Of a DNA stretch of 64,000 nt, positions 28,887-37,173 are shown piece after piece; position 1 is the first letter of the stretch; every line of letters starts with the position of its first letter. The stretch is from an uncultured candidate division Zixibacteria bacterium. GTDB lineage: Bacteria > Zixibacteria > MSB-5A5 > GN15 > PGXB01. A program made the position numbers and the translations under genes. The stretch spans positions 2,080,001 to 2,144,000 of the forward strand of contig OY969724.1 in assembly GCA_963702205.1 (NCBI GenBank), written 5' to 3'. A model generated the notes under the pieces. That model was not told the DNA's origin. It saw nothing but the letters and a program-made list of their open reading frames with translations, and ran no database searches.

Positions 28887-29678
28887 ATGAAAAAGTCCGA
28901 TGCCTTATATGTATTTGAACCGGACAGCGATCCGTTTTACAATATGGCCTGCGACACCGCTCTGTTTGGGTATTTAGCGGAGCCATTGCACGATATCTCG
29001 GCAGCGCTGCGGCTTTATTCATGGAATCGTCCGGCTATAACGATAGGGTATAATCAGGACATTTCACGAGCCCTCGATATTGCCAAAGTCGAAAGCGACC
29101 TGCCCGTCATTCGTCGCATTACCGGCGGGCGGGCCATTTATCATGACAAATCGGAAATTACATTTTCGCTAACCGGCCGCGAGGATAAGTTTCCGTCGGG
29201 GATTGGCAACCTGTCGGCAATGAACACGAAGATATCTTCGGTACTTGTGGAGATACTAAATTCCTTCGGTATTGCGTCCGAATGGCGACGTCATTCGGAT
29301 GATAAATTTAAAAGATCAGAACGGGCCCGGATCGGGGCTTGTTTTGCATCGGTGTCACGTTATGAGATTGTCAGTCATGGGGTTAAAATAGTCGGCGGGG
29401 CCCAGCGCAGCAGCGCCGGGTGCTTTATACATCAGGGATCGATCAAACTAAACGGCATCGCTTCACATCCGGCGCTGGATTCGATAAGTTCCGGCGTACC
29501 AAAGCCGGTTGAAGATGGTCGGAATGTTCGAATTTCCGATATAAAAGAGACCTTTGTCAGATATTTCTCAAGGCGTTTTGAATGTGAATTCAGTGAATGT
29601 GATTTTTCGTCAAAACTCACGAATGAAATTAAGGCCGAGGAAAAAAAACTGCGGGAAAATCCACTTTTAAATAAATAA
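28887..29678 (+). CDS. Lipoate-protein ligase family protein (LipM/LplA-like)
   Basis: NMACD, LRLYSW, IGYNQ, RRITGGRAIYH, KIVGGAQ, HQGSI. Confidence 0.88.
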   Translation: MKKSDALYVFEPDSDPFYNMACDTALFGYLAEPLHDISAALRLYSWNRPAITIGYNQDISRALDIAKVESDLPVIRRITGGRAIYHDKSEITFSLTGREDKFPSGIGNLSAMNTKISSVLVEILNSFGIASEWRRHSDDKFKRSERARIGACFASVSRYEIVSHGVKIVGGAQRSSAGCFIHQGSIKLNGIASHPALDSISSGVPKPVEDGRNVRISDIKETFVRYFSRRFECEFSECDFSSKLTNEIKAEEKKLRENPLLNK

Positions 29679-29766
29679 TTTTTTAAACAGTTTTATCATA
29701 TGTTTAGTCTTAAACATGAAGGTGGAATGTCCGTATTAAATATAGCTGACCGTTTAAAAAAGCTCT

Positions 29767-29796
29767 TGACTTCAGGCACGTTACAGGACTATACTG
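29767..29796 (+). promoter_or_regulatory. Promoter upstream of the TonB receptor cluster
   Basis: TTGACT-18bp-TATACT. Confidence 0.5.
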
Positions 29797-30006
29797 TAAA
29801 TTTGTTGGGAAGAAATTTGGAATAATGGAGGAGTCAGGCGTCGGTCATTTGCAATCGCCGGACGCGGTTGTTTTCCCCTCACAAACCGTCGCACTCTTAA
29901 GGAAAGCTTAATTGTCAATGAAGCGGGATTTTCAGCAATGAGAAAGGCGACCGGTTTATTATTAAGCAAAAAATCGTTATTGTATAGAGGTAAGGAGGAT
30001 AGGGAG

Positions 30007-33000
30007 ATGTCCAGGCTGCCCAAGGCTTTTTTATTCGTGGCGGCTTTCATAACCGCCGTGATGCTTTTGTCACCACTGGCATTTGCAGGTTCCACGGGAA
30101 AAATCAAGGGTGTCGTGACAGATAAAGCATCGGGCGAACCGATTCCGGGGGCTTCGGTGCAGATTGTCGGAACGACCCAGGGTGCCGTGACCGATACGGA
30201 AGGCAAATTCATGATTGTATTGGTCCCGCCGGGAACGTACACTTTGAAGATCACTTCAGTGTCGTACAGTCCCCTCGAAATCGACGGAGTAGAGGTCAAC
30301 GTCGATCTTACGACCGAACAAAATGCCAAATTGCAGACGGCCGTTACCGATCTGGATAAGGTTATTAAGGTGACCGCCGACAGGGACATCATTGATATTC
30401 ATCAAACATCCGGTACTGTCACGATGTCCAAGGATCAGATCAAAAGTATGCCGGTGCAAAACGTCGATCAGCTTTTGCAATCGACGGCAGGTGTGGTGAC
30501 GACGTCGGAAGGTGAAATAATTATCCGGGGCGGTCGTGCTAACGAGGTTGCGTATATCGTGGACGGCGTCACAATCGGCGATCCGCTGGGTGGCTACGGC
30601 CCGGCCAACCTGGGGCTTTCGCTGACGTCCGGTTCGATTCAGGAAATAAGCATTATCAAGGACGGTTTCGACCCTGAATACGGTAACGCTCTTTCGGGTA
30701 TTATTCGTATTACGACCCAGACTGGTTCCACTGAAAACACCAATGCGACTCTTCAGTATATTACCGATGATTTCGGCAACAAGTCGTTGAATAAGTACTC
30801 CGAAAACTACGATAACATGTACTTCACGATCAGCGGTCCGGACCCCATATTGAAAAGCCGCCTGTTTCCGGCTCTTGGATTGAATTTTCTCGAAGATAAA
30901 GAAGTCACGTACTTCTTTTACGCTGAAATGACCAAAACCAACACTTCCACCAATTATAAAGACTATGAGAGCCCGTTGTATCCCAAGACTTACGGGTCGT
31001 TCAATTTGTTCGGCATAGACATCCCCGAGCGCCAGTACAACGACTATACGATCAACGCCAATGTCATGATGAAGCCGATGAACACGATGAAAATGATTTT
31101 CAGTTATAAGAACTCGGTGAATCGTCAGACTCTGTTCGATTGGCAATATCGTTATACGCCCAACACGGCGCCGATCGGTGAAACCAAGTGGCAGTCTTAT
31201 TCTCTGGAAATCACGCACCAGATAAACAAAGACATGCACTACTACGTAAAAGGTTCGTACTATAATCGTGACGTGCAGTACCAGCCCGGTGATCCGAACA
31301 ACCCCGGCAAAGGGCTGAACCCCGACCAGTTCCTGCAGTACAACCTTTACGAGTCGTACCAGGATCGTTATGCTTATGAAGACCCGCTTTCGGGGGTTAT
31401 GGTAACCGATGCCTCCATTAAAAACGGTCGATATGATCCTCCGGAGCCGATCCTTGATTTATACCCGGATACGGCCAGCGGTACCTGGTACGGCCGTGAC
31501 ATCACGGGATCGTTCTGGACGTTCGGTAACGTCATTAATCCTGGATTGGGAATTTACGATTTCCGGTTCAACAATATCGCCTTCGGCGACAGTCTCGAAG
31601 GCGAGCCGTATGCCGACCTTAACGGCGACGGTAAGTGGAATCCGGGCGATTACTTGTACGACTCCAATGGGAACGGCACGTTCGACTACTCTCGACGGGA
31701 CGTGATCGACGAGCACGTCGCGGAGCCGTACCTCGACGGCGACATCAACCTCGGGGAAAGATTTATTGACGTTAACAACGATGGTATTTACGAGCCGGAT
31801 ATTGATGGATTTGTCATGTGCGATTGTTCCCAGAACATGGACGTGGATCAAAACGGCAGATATACGCGCCCCGATGAGCAGTGGTCGCCCGGCATCGAAT
31901 ATATAGACCGTAACGGCAACGGCATTTTTGACTATCGCAACTACCAGTACGATCCCGGGGAACCTTTCACCGACATAAACGGAAATGGCGTTTATGATTA
32001 CGGTGGTTCCAGCGGCAACAGTTTCCTGAGCCCGAATACCTATGACGGCACGACCGTATGGCACCATCGCCGTATTCAGCAATACACGATGGAAGGTCGT
32101 GTTTATCGCCAGATGGGTAACCATGAGATTAAAGCCGGCATGGAAGTGACCAAAGAATACCTCGACAAGCAGGATATTCGCGGTCTGGAAATTCCGTACA
32201 CCGGTCGCGATGACGGCGGTGTTTATCCCGGCATCGGGGAACTGCGAGATTTTTATAAATATGAACCTCTGACGGGAACCTTTTACGCTCGCGACAATCT
32301 GGAATACGGTTCGATGATTGCCTCGCTCGGGTTCCGTTACGATTACTTTATCCAGACAGCCGGTTTGGAGCAGGTGGCCAAGGAAGATGACCTTGGTTCC
32401 GGGATTATTTACGGCGACCGTACACGATTTTCACCTCGTATAGGATTTTCATACCCGATTTCGGATAAAGCCAAGATCCACTTCAACTACGGTCACTTCT
32501 ACCAGTTGCCGTCGTATTCATTCATGTATGACCGTAACACGGCCTCGGCCTCGGCCAATGACGTGGTCGGTAACTACAATCTCGATTATGTGAAGACTAT
32601 TCAGTACTCATTCGGCGTCAAGTATGCCATGTCGGAAGATTATTCGATCGACCTTTCCGGCTATTTTAAAGATGAGTTCGATAAGATCAATTCGGCCAAC
32701 GTAAAAATCGGCGGCGGCGCACTTGTCGTGCAGCAGTATGAAAACCGCGATTATGGCAGAAGCCGCGGCTTCGAGGTGACGATTGACAAGCGTGGCGGCC
32801 GATTGATTAACGGCGAAATAAATTACACATACGCCTTTGCGTTCGGCAAACAATCGCAGACCCGTACTACCTACTGGCAGGATTTCCAGCTTAGCCGCGA
32901 GTCATTGGCTGAAAAACCGCTCGACAACGACATTCGTCACTCACTGAAGTGCGGTATTCAGCTGGTTGTCCCGGAAACGATGAAACCGCGTTTGTTCGGT

Positions 33001-33390
33001 TTCAGAATTCCCAACGGATGGACATTTTCGGTCCAGGGCCTGTTTGAAACGGGTAAACCGTTCACGCCGACCGCCGGCTATCCTAACCTGACGACTCAGG
33101 CAGGTGTGGATATCGACGAGAATTCACTGCGACGGCCGTCGACCTTGAATTTCGACGTACGTTTCGAAAAATACTTCCAGCTGTTTGCGCTTAACTGGAG
33201 GGCTATCGTCTGGGTCGACAATCTGTTGAATACCCAAAACGTAGTAGGCGTCTACGGTAACACCGGACGGGCCGATACCAGCCAGAACGATGGCAACGGC
33301 AACGTCACCGGCGGCACGGAATTCGACCGTAATCCCGACCTTTGGCGTTATGGCCGTCAGATAAAATTCGGATTGCAGGTGAGTTTGTGA
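30007..33390 (+). CDS. TonB-dependent receptor with N-terminal carboxypeptidase-regulatory-like domain and Ca-binding-type repeat insert
   Basis: GSTGKIKGVVTD, plug IRGGRANE...DG, EYGNALSG, SPRIGFS, terminal RQIKFGLQVSL. Confidence 0.88.
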   Translation: MSRLPKAFLFVAAFITAVMLLSPLAFAGSTGKIKGVVTDKASGEPIPGASVQIVGTTQGAVTDTEGKFMIVLVPPGTYTLKITSVSYSPLEIDGVEVNVDLTTEQNAKLQTAVTDLDKVIKVTADRDIIDIHQTSGTVTMSKDQIKSMPVQNVDQLLQSTAGVVTTSEGEIIIRGGRANEVAYIVDGVTIGDPLGGYGPANLGLSLTSGSIQEISIIKDGFDPEYGNALSGIIRITTQTGSTENTNATLQYITDDFGNKSLNKYSENYDNMYFTISGPDPILKSRLFPALGLNFLEDKEVTYFFYAEMTKTNTSTNYKDYESPLYPKTYGSFNLFGIDIPERQYNDYTINANVMMKPMNTMKMIFSYKNSVNRQTLFDWQYRYTPNTAPIGETKWQSYSLEITHQINKDMHYYVKGSYYNRDVQYQPGDPNNPGKGLNPDQFLQYNLYESYQDRYAYEDPLSGVMVTDASIKNGRYDPPEPILDLYPDTASGTWYGRDITGSFWTFGNVINPGLGIYDFRFNNIAFGDSLEGEPYADLNGDGKWNPGDYLYDSNGNGTFDYSRRDVIDEHVAEPYLDGDINLGERFIDVNNDGIYEPDIDGFVMCDCSQNMDVDQNGRYTRPDEQWSPGIEYIDRNGNGIFDYRNYQYDPGEPFTDINGNGVYDYGGSSGNSFLSPNTYDGTTVWHHRRIQQYTMEGRVYRQMGNHEIKAGMEVTKEYLDKQDIRGLEIPYTGRDDGGVYPGIGELRDFYKYEPLTGTFYARDNLEYGSMIASLGFRYDYFIQTAGLEQVAKEDDLGSGIIYGDRTRFSPRIGFSYPISDKAKIHFNYGHFYQLPSYSFMYDRNTASASANDVVGNYNLDYVKTIQYSFGVKYAMSEDYSIDLSGYFKDEFDKINSANVKIGGGALVVQQYENRDYGRSRGFEVTIDKRGGRLINGEINYTYAFAFGKQSQTRTTYWQDFQLSRESLAEKPLDNDIRHSLKCGIQLVVPETMKPRLFGFRIPNGWTFSVQGLFETGKPFTPTAGYPNLTTQAGVDIDENSLRRPSTLNFDVRFEKYFQLFALNWRAIVWVDNLLNTQNVVGVYGNTGRADTSQNDGNGNVTGGTEFDRNPDLWRYGRQIKFGLQVSL

Positions 33391-33435
33391 TAAAGTCTGA
33401 AAGAAATAATTTTAGAAAAATGGGAGTTGGTGCTG

Positions 33436-34392
33436 ATGAAATTACATAAACGCCAGGGTAGCCTCCTGTTGCTGCTTGCGGTCCTTCTTCTACCGTCACT
33501 GGCTTTTTCCCAGGCCAAGGTCGGAACGACAGGGGTCAATTTCCTGGAACTGGGGGTTTCCGCCCGTGCCATGGGGATGGGCGAAGCCTTTACCGCCGGT
33601 GTTGACGATGCCTCATCGGTATATTATAACCCGGCCGGTCTGGTGTACGTATATGGCCGGGAAGTAATGCTGACGCATATTGATATGCCAGCGGGCATAA
33701 ATTATGAATTCGTCGGTATGGCGGCGCCTCTGGAGGCGGTCGGCGGTATCGTGGGAGTCGGTGTTTATTCACTGAATACCGGCGATATTCCTTATACCGG
33801 CTATGATTATTTTGACGGCGCCGATGGAAACGGAAATATGCAATATTTCTCGGCGGGAGACATTGCCGTATCGGTCAGCTATGGACGGTATCTAACGGAT
33901 AAATTTTCGCTTGGCGTGACGGCCAAATACATCAGGGAAGACCTGTTTACATACTCCGCTACCGGGTGGGCGGCCGACGTCGGAACCGTTTATAATTCGG
34001 GTTATCGTAATTTCAAGATCGCCATGCTGATTTCGAATTTCGGCCCGGATATGAAATTCATCCAGAAGACGTTTCCATTGCCGATCAACTTCAAATTCGG
34101 CGCCTCGATAGATTTTCTGGACATGGAAGATCACCGGGTTATGATCGCGGCCGAGGGTGCTCATCCGTCGGATAACCTGGAAAAATATAACGTAGGTCTG
34201 GAATACCGTTATCTCGACCGGTTTTCCCTTCGCGTCGGAGAGAGATTGAATTATGATTCCGATGGACTCACCGCCGGTGGCGGGCTGTCAATTCCTCTCG
34301 GTGATGAAATGGATCTGACGGTCAATTACGCATACCAGGATTTCGGTTTCCTTGACCAGGTTCATCGGTTTTCATTGGGGATATCGTTCTAA
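33436..34392 (+). CDS. PorV/PorQ-family outer-membrane barrel
   Basis: FLELGVSARAMGMGEA, YYNPAGL, terminal HRFSLGISF. Confidence 0.85.
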   Translation: MKLHKRQGSLLLLLAVLLLPSLAFSQAKVGTTGVNFLELGVSARAMGMGEAFTAGVDDASSVYYNPAGLVYVYGREVMLTHIDMPAGINYEFVGMAAPLEAVGGIVGVGVYSLNTGDIPYTGYDYFDGADGNGNMQYFSAGDIAVSVSYGRYLTDKFSLGVTAKYIREDLFTYSATGWAADVGTVYNSGYRNFKIAMLISNFGPDMKFIQKTFPLPINFKFGASIDFLDMEDHRVMIAAEGAHPSDNLEKYNVGLEYRYLDRFSLRVGERLNYDSDGLTAGGGLSIPLGDEMDLTVNYAYQDFGFLDQVHRFSLGISF

Positions 34393-34421
34393 TGGAGAAG
34401 AAAAACTATATCGGAGGACCT

Positions 34422-36896
34422 ATGAAGCGCGGCTTTTTAATAATTTGTGCGCTATTGTTAACCATATATAGCCTCGGCACGTGGGGATGTTCGAAAAAAG
34501 TCACGGGTCCTCCCAGAGTAAATCAGGCCCCCTACGTGCAGTTCGTTAACATACCCGTCGGCGGGACGAAGTTTTCCGCCGATACCAGCGTTTATTGGTA
34601 TGGCACCGACGTCGACGGTTTTATTCGCTACTATCGTTATGCCGTAGTGGAAAGTTCGATGGTGGCGCGGCTGGGCGGCGACGACGTTATGCAGTTCGTG
34701 GCGAATTATCCGGATTCCATCGACTGGACGGTTCTCAATGTCACTAAAGATAGCGCGCAGACCAGCGCCCGGATAAAACTTAAGGCCGACTCGCTCGATC
34801 CGGTGAGAACGTTTGTGGCGTCTTATGTATTGCTGCAGGCGATCGACAATCTGGGCGCCGAATCCGAAGTGGCCTACCGTATGTTCCGCAAGAACGACCA
34901 TTTCCCCGAAACCACGATTGGCTATATTAATGTTTTCGATCCTTTCGTGAATGCTCACGATCAATCGGGCGTTATTCAGGGCGTGCCGGTTGCGTGGAGC
35001 GCCAAAGATCCTATCGATTATCCACGTAATCCACCGCCTTTCCAATACCGCTGGCGGTGCTTTGGTCCGTATACAAAACCGGTATATGATTCATTGAGGA
35101 AATATTTGAAGGCGCGGGTATTCGTGGACGCATTCGGGGATTATTATCTCAATGGTGATCACCTCCAAATACTCGATCATATTGATACAACAATCAATAG
35201 TTCCGTGACGCCGCCGGAAACGACATTTACTCCTATTTATAACGAGTTACTGGTCGATACGCTGGGGGCAGGCGATGAAGCTCTCGGAAAATGGAGAAAT
35301 TACTTCATTGGCGCATTTCGCGGACTGGATACGCTTATTTTCTCGCAGGACAGCCTGCTAGCCTTGAAAGAATGGCGAGACCTTCTCGATCCGAATGTAA
35401 GTACGGGTATCCTTGTAAGGGAATCACCGGGATGGACTTATAATCAATCGACAACGCTATTTAACCTTTTTGCTAATCAGCAGGTTGATGCTTCGAGCGA
35501 TACAACAAGAACGGGGTTTTTCCTCTTTGCCTGTCAGGCTCGGGATGATGCCAGTGTTCCCGATAAGGTGCCATCCAGCGCGTTTTTGCAGGTTATTGAG
35601 CCGAAATTCGAAAGAGATTTGTTGATAATAGATGAAACCAGGTACAGTACAAGCTATCCCAAAATAAATTACCCATTTCATCCTCGTAATCCAGTGGCAT
35701 TGTCTCAATTTCCGAATCCTAATCCTTCAAAATTCTGGGTTCGCGATATATATGGCCGTATGGCAAATGCATGGAAGCCGGGATGTTTCGATACGGCGGT
35801 TGTTCTGAATGAAGTCTATGGCCCTGATGGCACTTATTTGGGGTACTCAACGCAGGGTTGCACTCAAGACTATATTGCAAATAAGAATTTGTACACGTCT
35901 TTTCCAGATTCACTCGGGATTCAACCGGTACCGCTTCGCGATGTCTTAAAACATAAGGTGGTTCTCTTTATAAAAGATGGTCTTGGAGATGGATTGAATT
36001 TTAGTGATGATATCGCCAGGAATGTCATTAAAGGGATGAATGCCGGTATGAGCGTTTGGACAATGGCTCGCGGAGCATTTTCCACGCAACCATATGCTGC
36101 TCTCGATTCAGCCTACTTTGAGACTATTCTGCCTGCATACCGAACATATTTTGCCATTGACTCAATGTTTCAACCGGGGTGGCAAGGTATTGTTGCAGAT
36201 TATTACGTAGATAAAGCCCAATTGCTACAAGACCCAACGCAGCTTAAGCTCCCGTATCGTGATACATTATATAGGACGGAGAATTTCATTGGTGGTGATG
36301 CCATCGATGGAAACGCAGTAGGAGTACCGGATGCATATATAGACTCTGCACTATTGCGGACAAGGTATGTGTGGATAGATCCGACACCGCTGCTGCCCCC
36401 CGGTGTTCCCCCGCCGGATTATACTTATTGGCCCTATATTGATACGCTCCCGGCGTTACCAAGCGTGGGAGCGCTTGAACCGATTTTGTTGCCCGGTGTT
36501 CATTCGTTGTATAGGTATAGGTCGCTTTTCTATGCCCGGGTGGAAAATGGGCAGATAGTAGAAGAATATTCGACCCCTCAAATTCCCTGGTATGTCAAAG
36601 ATTGGTCTCGGGTATATGAGGGCAAAATTTGTGCAATAGCCTATGAGACACAAGTTTTTAAAACTTCTCATTTTTGCTTCCCGCTATATACGGTTGACGA
36701 AACTGAGGCCCAACAGGTTTTTAATAAAATGATGGATTGGTTGGAAATTCAGCCCTTCATCCAGACCGGTAATTTCTCAACCAGTAGTCCCGGAAGGGTG
36801 AGCGTAAGCAAACTCAGGTCTATTGAAGAAGAATATGACGAGATGTATCGCAATCACCAATTGTCCGACCAGGTTAATGCGACTGAAAACCGTTAG
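34422..36896 (+). CDS. Large lipoprotein of unknown function with two Ig/FN3-like modules
   Basis: Lipobox TWGC; W.GTD.DG...Y.Y...AIDNLG and a second WSAKD...QARDD module; GGAGG RBS. Confidence 0.7.
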   Translation: MKRGFLIICALLLTIYSLGTWGCSKKVTGPPRVNQAPYVQFVNIPVGGTKFSADTSVYWYGTDVDGFIRYYRYAVVESSMVARLGGDDVMQFVANYPDSIDWTVLNVTKDSAQTSARIKLKADSLDPVRTFVASYVLLQAIDNLGAESEVAYRMFRKNDHFPETTIGYINVFDPFVNAHDQSGVIQGVPVAWSAKDPIDYPRNPPPFQYRWRCFGPYTKPVYDSLRKYLKARVFVDAFGDYYLNGDHLQILDHIDTTINSSVTPPETTFTPIYNELLVDTLGAGDEALGKWRNYFIGAFRGLDTLIFSQDSLLALKEWRDLLDPNVSTGILVRESPGWTYNQSTTLFNLFANQQVDASSDTTRTGFFLFACQARDDASVPDKVPSSAFLQVIEPKFERDLLIIDETRYSTSYPKINYPFHPRNPVALSQFPNPNPSKFWVRDIYGRMANAWKPGCFDTAVVLNEVYGPDGTYLGYSTQGCTQDYIANKNLYTSFPDSLGIQPVPLRDVLKHKVVLFIKDGLGDGLNFSDDIARNVIKGMNAGMSVWTMARGAFSTQPYAALDSAYFETILPAYRTYFAIDSMFQPGWQGIVADYYVDKAQLLQDPTQLKLPYRDTLYRTENFIGGDAIDGNAVGVPDAYIDSALLRTRYVWIDPTPLLPPGVPPPDYTYWPYIDTLPALPSVGALEPILLPGVHSLYRYRSLFYARVENGQIVEEYSTPQIPWYVKDWSRVYEGKICAIAYETQVFKTSHFCFPLYTVDETEAQQVFNKMMDWLEIQPFIQTGNFSTSSPGRVSVSKLRSIEEEYDEMYRNHQLSDQVNATENR

Positions 36897-36917
36897 ATTT
36901 ATTTGATTGATATAATA

Positions 36918-36950
36918 AAGCCGGAAGAAATTAATCTTCCGGCCTTTTTT
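36918..36950 (+). terminator. Rho-independent terminator
   Basis: GCCGGAAGA-aattaa-TCTTCCGGC followed by T6. Confidence 0.75.
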
Positions 36951-37029
36951 ATTGGGAAAAGCTACTGGCAATCGCACAAATCGCAGGAATCATAGTAGAT
37001 GTGGTTTGCCAGATACAATATGCCGGCGA

Positions 37030-37117
37030 GGGTGGCCCCTCCGGATTTATTTGGAGGGGTTCTCAGAATAGGTGAAGAATCATTCCCACTCCAAACAAAG
37101 TTTGGGGGTGGCCACCC
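37030..37117. repeat. REPIN-like inverted REP pair of the same family as unit B at 10.3-10.8 kb
   Basis: GGGTGGCCCCTCC...GGAGGGG and CCACTCCAAACAAAGTTTGGGGGTGGCCACCC. Confidence 0.7.
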
Positions 37118-37173
37118 AACGCAAATAAAGTCGGGCATTCCTGCGGCAAGCAGTGGGAGACCCTCTCCTCCAT

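Noticed and set aside
34422..36896. Diversity-generating retroelement target
   Set aside because: No reverse transcriptase and no template/variable repeat pair seen in the window.
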